In this document: positions 1 to 11,412 of the stretch, piece after piece
Numbering within the stretch: position 1 is the first letter of the stretch
Layout: every line of letters starts with the position of its first letter
NCBI GenBank assembly: GCA_964016885.1
Contig: OZ024744.1
Location: 84,692,001-84,756,000 of the forward strand
Source of the DNA: Eledone cirrhosa
Taxonomy: Eukaryota
Reading direction: 5' to 3'
Length of the DNA: 64,000 bases
Translations under genes and position numbers: made by a program
Notes under the pieces: generated by a model
Told to the model about the DNA's origin: nothing
Databases searched by the model: none
Seen by the model: only the letters and a program-made list of their open reading frames with translations

Positions 1-339
1 TACCTATTGAGATAAACATACTTAAAAGAAGCAAACATTTACTGTACGTTTAATTATTGACAATTTTCAGAGGCCTGAAGAGGGAAACGTATACAAGATA
101 GACTGGATTTGATAAGATATTTGAACTCTACAGAAAGAGTTAGCCCTTGTATGAATGTTTTTATGAATTACAGGAGCTAGTATGAATTCTTTCAAGGGAA
201 TCTGAGGGGTGACCTGGGACCTTCTGGGGAATTTGACATGGAATGACCCTGTACTATCATTACCGATGTCAAGTAAACAAGGTAAATAAAAAAAAAAAAG
301 TACGTAGCCGAAATTGGTTTAAGTAAAAATTAAAATTTT

Positions 340-660
340 ATTCATAGAAATGAAAATACAGAAAACAATGGGAGGTAAAAAAAAAAGAGAAAAGCAAAAA
401 ATGAAAAATAAAGAAAAATAGCGAAAGTAAGGGAAAGAGGAGAAAGAATGACAGCCTCTACACCCCAGGTATATCTCAGTTATACACCCGTGGACAAAAT
501 GGCGGAAACATTGCTGCAGAGAACAGCTAACAACGACACTCGCTGCATCAGACACACTATCTCACGGGGCTGTTTCCTCAGGTGGGATATACTCCTGGGG
601 ATTATTGCAGAGGAAAATGGTTGTTTAGGGACCGAGTACAGACAAGGTCTTAATAACAAC
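340..660 (-). mobile_element. CRE-like (RLE-type) non-LTR retrotransposon 3' fragment, decayed
   Basis: Minus strand gives remnants of the QRVSL-x-RGNA-type C-terminus (cagcgagtgtcgttgttagctgttctctgcagcaatg) followed by a pyrimidine-rich 3' UTR. Confidence 0.5.
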
Positions 661-1122
661 TGGTATGGAAATAAAGCGATATGTTAGGTCTCTGTATTTA
701 GTAGTCAAAAGTATACATAAGCAGAGTATAACAAACAGCGACTTTCAAGAAAGTAAACTGAGTTAATTCCCCTAGACGTTTAACTATGGAGTTGTGTCCC
801 TTGTAAGTATCTGTCGGCCGTCGTAGCAAGAAAGGAAGTAGTTTAATTTTATGCTACAAATACCCAATATCAATTTTGTTTTATTGCAAATCAACCAATA
901 TAATAGCCTTGTGTATTTGTCTGTAACACAGTAAAGATGACTGAGGAAGGAAGGGGTGATTATGTCGCCAGGGGAAGTAAGAGGTGATGACAAACTACAG
1001 AAAGTAGCGGCTAACATTTACTACACCAATGTGTGTATGTAGAGCGAATTGGCTACACAAATTGGGTGTTATGATTATGTGAGTGTATGTGTGTTTGTGT
1101 AAATTAAATATCATATATAATA

Positions 1123-1152
1123 CTAGCCGAATTATCCGCGCCATGCTGCGTT
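1123..1152 (-). mobile_element. Helitron-type 3' terminus of a non-autonomous element
   Basis: Minus strand GC hairpin (cgcagcatggcgcgg) about 10 nt upstream of CTAG followed by host T; better preserved at 18810-18838. Confidence 0.5.
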
Positions 1153-1464
1153 TCACACATATTTTTGGTAAGAAAATGTTGATTGATTTTAATCAGTGAT
1201 ATAATTTATAGCGAAAACTCTGCATTTCAATGTTACTCAATGTAAAATGTAATGCATGAAAAATTGGAAAACATTATTTTTTGTAATATATCAAATCTAA
1301 ATTACATTATTAAATGTTATTGTTATTTTAATTCTTGTAAATAATCTTTTTGTAATAGGGAAACTTTTTTGGTGTAAATCCTATGGTCATTCCTGACCGA
1401 AGGGAGTCTTTAGCTTTTTTTAGGGTGGCAGCAAACAGACGAAAGGGTTAGTAATGCACGCATA

Positions 1465-1496
<32 letters not shown>

Positions 1497-1604
1497 GATC
1501 TAAACTGTTCACTTGACAACATAAAACTGGTATTCAACAATATGATTAACATTTCAAGGCTTTAAGACTGTGGTTCCCAAACGGCGAGGCGCCCCTCATA
1601 GGTG

Positions 1605-1940
1605 AGGCGGAAGAGGATAGCAGGTGAGCACTGGTCGCCGTTGAGACCTCAGGCGTAAATGGGCTCCCTACAGTTAAGATCCTCCGCAAGATCGGAATGT
1701 CGCCGGTTGGGTGGCTGTTGCAGCGGGTGTCACTGACCATTGTCTGCAGGAATGCTTTTGCGGTCTTTTCCGCGAGGCACAGCCCTCCTGCCCCCATGCC
1801 TTAGGCCCAACGCCTCCCCCACCCCCTCTTCTGCCACACTAGAATTCTTCCCATCCCCTTCTCATTCTTTTTTTCTTTTTTTTCACTTTTTTCTCTATAT
1901 TTTCCTATTTTTTTTTTTTTTTTTTTTTATTTTTTTTTAT
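1605..1940 (+). mobile_element. CRE-like non-LTR retrotransposon 3' fragment nested in the hAT element
   Basis: VAVETSGV...KILRKIG...WLLQRVSLTIVCRNAFAV, then T-rich 3' UTR. Confidence 0.65.
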
Positions 1941-1944
1941 TATT

Positions 1945-2150
1945 GGCATATCGGTAGAGCGTCAGACGCCATGCTTTGCAGTACAGAGTTACGATCCTTT
2001 ACGATCTGAGTTCAAATCCCACCTGGGTTAACTTTATCTTCCATCCTTAGGAGGTGGATAAAATAAAGCACCAGTAACGTACTGGGGTCGATTTAATCGA
2101 CTTTCTTCTCCACCCCGAAAATTGTTGGCCTATGTAAGAAACTATTATTA
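1945..2150 (+). mobile_element. tRNA-derived SINE, family A
   Basis: A-box-like ggcatatcggtagagc, B-box gagttcaaatccc, central domain ttccatccttaggaggtggataaaataaagcaccag, (ATT)-type tail; further copies at 19768 and 61355-61690. Confidence 0.75.
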
Positions 2151-3277
2151 CTGTAGATAAAAATTACTTTTTATATTAAAAATTATTTTTTATATTAAAA
2201 GATAGTCATTTAGAAACAGTTTCAAAAAATTCATATGCCAAAAATAAATATGATTTCAAAATTAAAAATATTATGGATTACTTGTAATTGTATGCATGAG
2301 GTCCCAGTATAAATAGTGAAAAATAATTATTGACAGATTTTATCATTGTGATATTTTTGCATTAAATCAAATGTTAAGAATACAGTAACAAGTGTCCAGA
2401 AATTGGAGGAGGGAATTATCAATGATAATGTTCTGACTTTGAATCCGCGGTTAGAGATCATTTTGTAAATTCAAGCTGTTTAAACCTGAAATTAGATGAG
2501 GGGGAAGAACTGGCAAACATTTCGAGTGATCGCACCTTAAAAATGAAACATGAAACACAAGAGTGTATCACTGGACTCTTTGGGGATATACAACCAGAAA
2601 CAATATCCATATGTCACTTCAAAGACATTATCCATTCTTCTACAGTTCTCCATGACATATTGCTGCAAACAAGGATTTTCAGTTCTGACAAATATCAAAG
2701 GCCAAAAAAAGGGAAATACTTCTTTATGTTGATGAGATGAGTGTTTGTTTATCTCAAATGAGACCTAATATAAAGGGAGATTACTCGTAAAAACAAGCTT
2801 GTGCCTTTCAGTAAATTTGTGTACTTTAATCATATTATAAGTTATTTATGTTATATATTATATTTAACGCACTATTAGTCGTTGTACTTTTCTTTTATCT
2901 ATAAATGTACTTATAATCACATAAAATTAGGTGAGGCGCGAGCAAATTTTCATTCCGAAAATGAGGCCCAGAGGAAAAAAACGTTTGGGAACCACTGCTT
3001 TAAGGGAATAATTCATTAGTAGGGAACAGTATCAACAAAGGTAATCAACTGAAGGTCAACTAATGTTGGAGCCAATTCAGCCTAACGTTACTGCAACTAT
3101 TAAGCCTGCTCCATTTGTATACCTCTTTTACGTTGGTTATCATTCCCCAGCCATTTTCCAAGATGGTCGACTGAATACGCACGTGTGTTTTTTATCTGCA
3201 CATATTGTTTTATCATTTCTCCCGTTCATTCCTCTCATCACCCTTTACTTTCTATTTATCTTCTATTTCTAACTCTA

Positions 3278-3313
3278 TCTTCTGGTGAAAGACTAGTGTC
3301 CGAAACGTTAAGA
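3278..3313 (+). ncRNA. Degenerate minimal type I hammerhead motif in a Penelope pLTR remnant
   Basis: tctt-CTGGTGA-aagactagtgtcc-GAAA-cg-TT-aaga; core A6 mutated to G; duplicate at 21093-21128. Confidence 0.45.
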
Positions 3314-3939
3314 CTCACCTACTGCTATTTCAAGCGTTAAACTAATATATTTCCTCCATCTACTGAGCCGTTTATTTTGTTCTATTTGTTACTACTTTTA
3401 AATACATAATGATATTGATAACCTACCGTTGTTGATTCAAAGCATCAGCAGTGAATAGGTGGGAGATTATAGCACTATTAATTTACACTAACAAATTATC
3501 GACCTTAAGCACATCAAGCCTATCTGTCACCTATCATAAGTAAATGAGTGGAGAAATTTACGGTATTATATTTTCAATTTTCAAATTCTCTTATACAAAA
3601 TAATTTTGTAAAAATCGTGGTCATCTTAGAGGCGACTGAAAGGAATATTGGCAATTTAAGGATTAACGAGGCCATTTTCATCAGCTGAATAAACCCAGGG
3701 AAAAATAATAGATCGGAAATGCATGAGGCAGAATGGTTACTGTAGCGAAGCCACGCATGCGTTTTGCAAGCACACATGAACTAGTTAGGGAAGAAAACTT
3801 CGATCGCACGTTTTGTTTTGACTTGGACTGTTTCAGCTTTGCATTTGAAAAGAGGGTCGTAGTCCTGAAATATCATGCTAGAATATACATTGGCTAAAAC
3901 ATTACTTTATTTTGTATTGTTTTATTTGTCATCATTTAC

Positions 3940-4082
3940 GCATGTCTTAGTGGTTAGAGCATTTGATTTGCAATCGAAAGGTTGTGAGTTCAATTCTCAG
4001 ACCGGGTGATATATTGTTTCCTTGAGTAAGACAACTTTATTTCACGTTGCTCCAGTTTACTCAGTGGAGAAATGACTGGGGT
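3940..4082 (+). mobile_element. tRNA-derived SINE, family B
   Basis: tagtggttagagc A-box, gagttcaattc B-box, body ccttgagtaagacaactttatttcacgttgctccag; copies at 21737 and 47460 (minus). Confidence 0.72.
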
Positions 4083-4273
4083 CCCTATCATTAAATCACC
4101 TAAGACACCTCCAACGAGATATACTTTGGAGGAGGTCAGCTAAACCTGCATAGGTGTGAGCTGTCACAACATTTACCCATCGCATTTTCTACCGTATTAC
4201 GCCGGCTTTTGAAAAACATTATCGGTTTTTACTACATATTGTGTGTGTGTTTATGCATATATATATTATACAT

Positions 4274-4749
4274 GTCGTATTCCACGTGGTTGTGGTGGAG
4301 CTGATAACGTTGGTGGAGGTGATACATGGGAAAATATTGCTGCTGATCGTAATAAATGGAGAAAGACTGTATATGAGGGGAAAGTTGCCTTTGAGGCATC
4401 TCGAATCGCATACAAGAAAGTAAAGTGGGATGTGAGGAAGGGCATTACTGTTGCATTTCCAGACGGCGAAGGTGTTCCTATGGCGCTGACATGCAATGCT
4501 GACATGCAAAAATCATCTTCGCAGTCATAAAGTGAGACCTGTGGTTGACTACCAAGCTGCTGTTGGAGATGCTACTCATCATGCTTGTCAAACATGTGGT
4601 AGAGAATGTAAAATAGTAAGAGGGCTCAAACGACATGCAAACGTACATGAACTCCAACCACAGCCGGCTATTCCCAGTGAATGTTTTGGTTGCCAACTCT
4701 GTGCAAGACGTTTTAGATCATTGGCTGCACTAAAAACCACATTCGATCC
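4274..4749 (+). pseudogene. RTE-clade LINE C-terminal fragment with C2H2-like fingers
   Basis: DTWENIAADRNKWRKTVYEG followed by CxxC..H..H fingers ending LAALK; typical RTE/BovB-like ORF C-terminus. Confidence 0.7.
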
Positions 4750-4918
4750 AATAAGAGCAACAGAGGCACCACATTTGCTGCAGCAACAGCAAAAACAAAG
4801 CGCTTATTGAATATTGATATTAGCGATAAAGACGAACAGTTGGCCCATGCATGGATGTTAATTAAACGGGAAAAGTCCTGGACAAACCTGACCATCCCGG
4901 ACTAGGGCAATAGCGGCC

Positions 4919-6386
4919 ATGCAAAAGAGGAAGGTGTACTTTCGATGCATTTCAGTGCAGACACGCAAAGTGGAACTTGCCAGCCAAACAGAGGTCGAGG
5001 CTGCTTTGGAGTGCATCGGAAGTGAGACAGATTATAAAGCAAGGACCAAACAGTTCGGTACCATCTCGGTATTGTTCAAAACCGAGGCCCTTGCTATTAA
5101 GCACTCGGTGACCCTCTGCAGAACGGAACGCATTATCATGCACTCGTCTTACATGGGCAAAATGACAGTAAAAGTCCGCATTCCAAGTATCCCACCAGGA
5201 ATGAACATATGGTGGCTCCTGGGATGCGTAATCGATGATGGCACAGACACTACCCTGCTGGATATCAAAAGGACAGAGAGAGAGAGAGAAGACTGGTCCG
5301 GAATGGATTTGGAGATTCTTCTCCAAATGAAACCAGAAGACATGAACAAAATTCCGGATTTTTCCCGCCTGCAGGACGGGACAACAATCCAAATGGTTTC
5401 TGAGGGAAGAAGGCCGCACTGCTTCGTCTGCGGGGAAGCAAAGCATCTGCAATCCTTCTGCCCGCAGCGCAAAAATGCATGGGGTCGAAAACCTCCTTTG
5501 TTGCCAACGCCAGTGTCAGCACGGGAAGCTGCACCACCAAAAACAACACCAACAAAGACACAGACACCAACATCAAAAACAGCCGGACCAACACCGAAAC
5601 CAATCCAAGGGGAAACGAGGAAAGCTCTCCCACTCCCCTACCCCTCCAATTATAGACATAGACAAAACAATAAACGCACACACAGATACAGAGACATTCA
5701 CACCCACAGAACCTTTGTCTTCTAGCAGTGAAGATGAAAGAAAACCCAAAAGTGTAAAAAAACAGAAAACTCACCAAAAAAAAAAAAACCCCCAACAAAA
5801 TACAAAAGTTTACACAACAAAAAATACAGACACCACTAACGCAAACACTTCCCCAATAACATCAGCACCAACAGCAACATTGACCCCCCCCCCCACCCAC
5901 CCCACCCCACAATCCCCGAAACGCAAACAACCTAAACAAACACAAGTACAAATAAACGCACAAATACCTAAAATTGCAGACAACACACCTACAACAAGCA
6001 CAGACATACCCGAAACAACACCACCAACATCATCACCACCACAGTCACCAAAACGAAAACAAATAAAACCACACCAACAAAATGTTTAAAACTTCGTGCT
6101 TGTCAGAAGGGCCAACGATAAACTGATGGCCCTCTTAGCACGAAGCGAGGACATTCAAACAGAGGGGGAGATCTTTGAAATGAGCACATTTTGCGTGCCA
6201 GTAGATTTGCTTCTGGTCCGAATGTCACTCGATTCCTTCAAAGAAATTCGGGAGAGCTTTCCTCAAGACGTGGGAACCCCGAATGTGAAACCCACATCGA
6301 GACTTTTAAAGGGGTTCCCAAAAGAAACCCTACCAACCATGGGGGTCGAACCACCCGACTTTCACAAGACCCCGGGAGGTAAGTAA
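4919..6386 (+). pseudogene. Tx1 ORF1 (gag-like, CCHC knuckle, Thr/Pro/Lys-rich linker), frameshifted
   Basis: ORF pieces 4919-5725, 5475-6089, 6096-6386. Confidence 0.8.
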
Positions 6387-6415
6387 ACCTTCACTCTCTC
6401 TTTTAGATTGCCAAC

Positions 6416-8236
6416 ATGGCCATATCAAGAGTAGGAAGTTTAAATGTTCGCGGCTTGGGGTCACCCTGGAAGCAGGGTCGCTTACTCAACGACCTCAGGT
6501 CGCTGGAAATGGATGTGATTGCCGTCAGTGAGACCAGAATTTCAGACACGCGCGCACTAGCCCCCATTTTCGACGACTATCAGATCTTCGCATCTGTTAG
6601 CAAGCCGGGAATGGGAGGTGAGGTGGCAGTGCTATTTACGAAAGGACTGGATCTCGAGGTAAGGTCGATCTTCCGGGACCCTGACGGTAAGTTGGTGGTC
6701 TTGGATGTGAGCAGTATCGAAGGTGGTGCCTTTAGACTGCTGACTGTCTACACCCCTACAGGGGCCGGACGATCGGACTTCTTTAGGCGCCTGGAAACTT
6801 TTCTGGGTACGTCTCACCCTTTACTGCTAGCGGGGGACTGGAACAGCATCTTAGATGCACGCTGGGATTTTGTGGGAGTAGCTGATAGGAGCGGGGATGC
6901 AAAAGCCTCAAGCACCTAATCAGCCAGTTCCAGCTGTCTGACAGGTATCGACTAGATTTCCCCAATTGGCCAGTATGGAAATGGACCAACCGCATGGGGT
7001 CATCTAGATCGTATATAGACAGGATCTTCATTAGGAAAATAGATATAAATATTGTAGGCTGCCCACTTTTTAAAACGGTCGCCTATTCAGATCACACATT
7101 TGTGATCTGTACAGTCTACCTAGATAAAACGCGTAGGTTGGAACCGGGTTCCTGGAAGCTGAACATGTCATTTCCGGCACGTAAGGCTTACAGGGACAGA
7201 GTCAACAATTTAGTTAAGCAAAAGTTAACAGGGGGATCATCAACAACAGATGGTGGGGGTTCTGAAAAGAGAGATTAGAGTAACTTCGATAGAGCTCAGC
7301 AAAGAACTAGCGTTAGAGAAAAATAGAAAGCAGGGGGAGCTGGTAGATAAGTTAGACGAGGCCATTTGTAGTGGCATTGCAACTGACGTGCTAGCGGCGA
7401 GAATGGTATTAGACCATTTCTTCAATGCGAAACACGAAGGTTGTATTGTCAGAGCTAAGGCGCGTGCGCTGAGAAACGAGGGAACCAAAGCTGTTCGATG
7501 GGCCCGCGTGGCGGAGGCGCAGCGTGGTAATAAAACCACAATTCGGTCTTTGGCGGACCGAGACGGACACGAGATAAGCGATTCAAAGCGGATGTGTGAG
7601 GCCTTTCGCCTGCACTTTGCTCGGTTGTTCGGGGAGAATGGCGAGTCAGAGAGAGTAGCGGATTTCAGTCCCTACCTTGACGGCTTGCCGCGCATCTCGA
7701 TGGTCGACGCTGAGCGCTGCGAAAGGCCGATTACTTCAGCCGAAATTGAGGATGCCCTTGTCGGCTGCATGAGGCTCAAGTCACCCGGTTTGGATGGCCT
7801 GCCTACGAGCTTTACGTAAATATGCCAGGCTTGTTCTCCGATCTCCTCGAAGAACTCTACTGCAACTGGCAGCAGAATGGGAGTATTTCCAGTTCTGTGA
7901 GCGGGGGAGTGGTGACGATGATAAGGAAAGACGAGAACAAGATGGATACATTAGACAACTTCAGGCCCATAACTCTGCTCATCACAGAGTTTAATATTTT
8001 GGCCAAGGTGTTAGCAAAGGGATTGGCGCTTGTCGTCGAGGATTTGGTTGGGGAGGTGCAAACTTGTACAATCCCAGCAAGGTCCATACATGACACTCTC
8101 CACCTCATGCGCTACATCATAGAGAGGGTAGGGTGTAAACCTGGCTTCGGTGGGGCACTGATCAATTTAGATGAATCAAAAGCATTCGTGAGGGTCGACC
8201 ATCGGTATCTGGAGTTTGTCCTCAAAGCAGCTGGCT
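6416..8236 (+). pseudogene. Tx1 ORF2: APE endonuclease plus N-half of reverse transcriptase, frameshifted
   Basis: GSLNVRGL, DVIAVSET, GDWNSILD, SYIDRIF, SDH, WKLN, KSPGLDGLP, NFRPITLL, DESKAFVRVDH. Confidence 0.9.
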
Positions 8237-8508
8237 TATGTCGAGCTAACGTCAGTCTCCACTGTGTCACTTTTGAGCTGACTTTTGGGATGCCACAGCT
8301 TGAGATCGGTGTGGAAGTCGGACCTTCGTAGAGACCTGAAAATCCGCCTCTTCATTGCTGTAGTGGAGTCTGTGCTGCTGTATGGGTCTGAGACTTGGAC
8401 ACTGACCAAGAAACTCACTCAGATGGTGGATGGGTGCTACACGAGAATGCTGAGGATGGCTCTGAACATTAATCAGTATACACTGAGGATGAAAAACTCA
8501 GAGCTGTA
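8237..8508 (+). pseudogene. RTE-type LINE RT thumb fragment
   Basis: KIRLFIAVVESVLLYGSETWTLTKKLTQMVDGCYTRMLRMALNI. Confidence 0.75.
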
Positions 8509-8545
8509 TACATACATATATATATATATATATACATATATATGC

Positions 8546-8689
8546 AGAATTAGCCGCAGAATTAGCCGTCGAAACGGCTTGAGCTCATCCGTCGGGGTCC
8601 TACTCGTTCCTATTACTCACTCTACTACTCTAAGTATTGAGTATTTTGGTGCGTTATGGTCCATCTAGTTCCTTACCACATTTCCTTCG

Positions 8690-8690
<1 letters not shown>
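8546..8690 (+). mobile_element. Penelope pLTR-like fragment carrying the 3' half of a hammerhead
   Basis: GAAA-cggcttgagctca(t)ccg-TC-gggg without CTGANGA; flanked by (TA)n; same family at 36169-36293 (minus) and 37747-37941. Confidence 0.5.
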
Positions 8691-8744
<54 letters not shown>

Positions 8745-10061
8745 TCGTATGAAAACCCCCCCAGTTAAGTTAATCCATTCTATGTTATATAGGTGAACAC
8801 CTAATAACAAAAAAAACAAAACATTCAAACAAGAAAAAAAAACTTAAAGTGAAACAATCCACCTAGTGGCACGAGGAGTCTTAATAATATCACTATATAT
8901 AGTGGAGGTTGAATATCTTTCTTTCACAATTATTGCACGACACAACCTGTCACTGCCATTCTTCATATCTTGACGATGACAAATCAAGTAAGTTATTTTA
9001 AAATGGAAATTACTTTATCATACTATTCTGAATATTTATCTTTAGTTATATCTTTATATTCTAAATGTTATATTTTCAGCAAGAACGTGTCAAAATGAAT
9101 AGTAAACCAGTTATATTAGAAATTTTTGATTCCTTTCGTCTACTTTTATCTTGGCACTGTAAGGTAACTGGAGGCTCTAAAAAGCTATGTAGTGTGATTC
9201 CTGAAAGGGTAAGATCACACAGTAATTTGAAAGCGTCTGGTCTTGGGTCTAATTTTGCAGAGCCTCAATTTAGATTTAAAAGCTAGTAATATTGGTAAGT
9301 ATTAAATATTGATCAAATGTTCATCCCCTAATGTTTAAATATTAAAACATATTTAATCGTCACAGCTAAACATGGCGAGTTTATAATACTTTAGTAAATC
9401 TATTTGTTAGTAATTTTATATTCATAATTTATGTTCATAATATAAAAAAGAATACTGGAATCTGTTGTTAAATCGCCATTATTAGAAAGAAAGACTAAAT
9501 CAAGCATATTGATTTTTGCCATCTCTACAGTTCTATGCTCTTAATTGAAAACCACATTCGGTTGTATTTATGTAGTATTACTTACATCTAATATCTATTT
9601 TTCTCAGACACAAATGAATTCACTGGAAAAGAAACTGCTACCACTGGTGTCGTTGTTGTTGGAGAGGAAAATATTTCATTATTTTTTTTATCACAGCTTA
9701 AACCGAGGGGAGCTTATTTGTGAAATGTTTCGTACTGTATACCGCAGCTCAGCTGGTAACATTTCCATTGTCGTCACATCTCTGTTGCTGAAACGTTTTA
9801 ATGATTGTTACTGAATGGATAAAAAAATTCATTATTTCGATTCTCTATTTCACTATTTGAGAAAAAGAAAATGTATTTTGTTTAATTGTTGTTTTGATCA
9901 TTTTAAAATTGTTTCCGTTTTTAAAGAATTTGAATAAATATTACAATCTTATTTTACTTTGAAAAATACATAGCAACTGTTTAAATCTTGATATAAAATA
10001 CATATAGCAATGCAGAGACGTTAAGAAATGAAATACTTCTTTATTTTACATTTGTTAAATT

Positions 10062-10200
10062 AGTCATCACTTGTGGCTCGCCTTACCGATGTGTCTGGTG
10101 ATACTCGTGAGGGTACCTGGTTGTTTCAGCATCTTAGCCTCACCACCATCCGTGGTAATGTTGTGAGCGTGTTGACTTGCTTCAAAGTGTTCCGCTGACC
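10062..10200 (+). mobile_element. CRE-like LINE extreme 3' fragment
   Basis: SLVARLTDVSGDTREGTWLFQHLSLTTIRGNVVSVL; duplicate at ~39412-39548. Confidence 0.55.
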
Positions 10201-10237
10201 CTTATGATGTGCGACCGATTGTTGCACTTGGTAGTGG

Positions 10238-11249
10238 ACAATACAGTTCTAAGCAGACTTCTGCATAAACAACACATTCCAATTAATAAGGCAAACTTTG
10301 CATTTCATTAGTTTAACTACAATAATCAGTTTAAATGGGTTGCATTAACGTCACACCAGTATCGTGAATGCTCGATTACAAGATTTGATCTTTTGCGCGT
10401 TCTAAGCAGACTTCTACTGCAATAAAAAATCATTTACGGTTTGTTCGGTTTGTTCGATCGTGTAAAACTACGTGTGCGTGTTACCATGTTTAGGTTTGTA
10501 TATGTCTGTGTGTTACCATGTTTAGGTTTGTAACTGTGCTAATATCCCATAACTTAGTGCAACTTGACAAAAGAGATCAATAAAGTTAGTCCCAGCTTTG
10601 AAAAATTAGTACTGGGATTGATATGACTGATTAAAGTAGTGGAGCAATGGGAATTCCTGAAGGCAAAAAATGAAATCTGTGGATGAAGCGGGTCTCTAGG
10701 GAGAGTGACTTGGTATTGGAACAGTAGGGTGGAGAAAATTAAGAAAAAAGACAGACATGGAAAAAATGGTAGAATGGGGAGTATCGAACACTGTTAGGAT
10801 GTTAGGAGAAAAGCTAGGTGACAAGTATTCTTTGCAAGGGAAGCAGAAAATAAGAAATTTAAACATGCTCTGTCACATCCATTTTTACAGGTTATGCGTA
10901 AACGAAAATGCTCTCTTCTAAAAGAACCAAACTCCTTAAATTGCGACAAATATTTGTTATGCTTATTTTGCAATACACGTTTATCTGTATTTTATTTTAA
11001 ATTAACTTTTTTTAGTATTTATTTTACTAGGAAATGGCTCGCCAAAAGGAAGGCAGACTTTCAACGTCACGTCAGTATCGTGACCGCTCAGTTCTCGAGG
11101 AGTCCGAAGAAGCAAGGCAGGCCCGCCTTGCTGACAAACGCAGCCGCAGTCAACGCTCTCTTCTCGAAGAGTCAGCCAAAGCAAGGGAGGCCCGCCTTGC
11201 TGACATGTGCGGTCGCAATGTACGCTCTCTTCTCGAAGAGTCAGCCGAA
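10238..11249 (+). repeat. Long inverted repeat, left arm (partner 15766-16647)
   Basis: Reverse-complement match across the arm, with ~200 bp extra at 10711-10913; contains ATG ORF 11034-11330 encoding the Helitron N-terminal repeats. Confidence 0.92.
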
Positions 11250-11412
11250 CATAAAAATCAACCAAACAAAAATTCAACCAAATTAATAATCACAAACTTA
11301 CGTGCATTTATTTGCCTTCCTTTCAATTAAAATGGGGCTGGCACAGAATCGAAGATCAACATGAAGTCGAACCATGTATGGCACGGAAAAGAGGCTGGCA
11401 ATGAAGAGCGTT

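Larger units (their letters stand above)
1568..2997 (+). mobile_element. hAT (Charlie/Buster-like) DNA transposon deletion derivative
   Basis: TIRs c(t)gtggttcccaaac ... gtttgggaaccactg; 8-bp TSD ctttaaga/ctttaagg; transposase dimerisation-domain remnant YPYVTSKTLSILLQFSMTYCCKQGFSVLTNIK at ~2600-2710. Confidence 0.85.
4750..8236 (+). mobile_element. L1/Tx1-clade LINE, copy A (ORF1 plus 3'-truncated ORF2)
   Basis: ORF1 with zinc knuckle CFVCGEAKHLQSFC; ORF2 starts at ATG 6416; breaks off at 8236 inside RT. Confidence 0.9.

Noticed and set aside
3840-3880. Additional hammerhead (gcat-ttgaaaa...gaaa-ta-tc-atgc)
   Set aside because: Catalytic core too degenerate in both duplicate copies to call
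3940-4010. tRNA gene
   Set aside because: A/B boxes only, no complete cloverleaf, continues into a repeated SINE body
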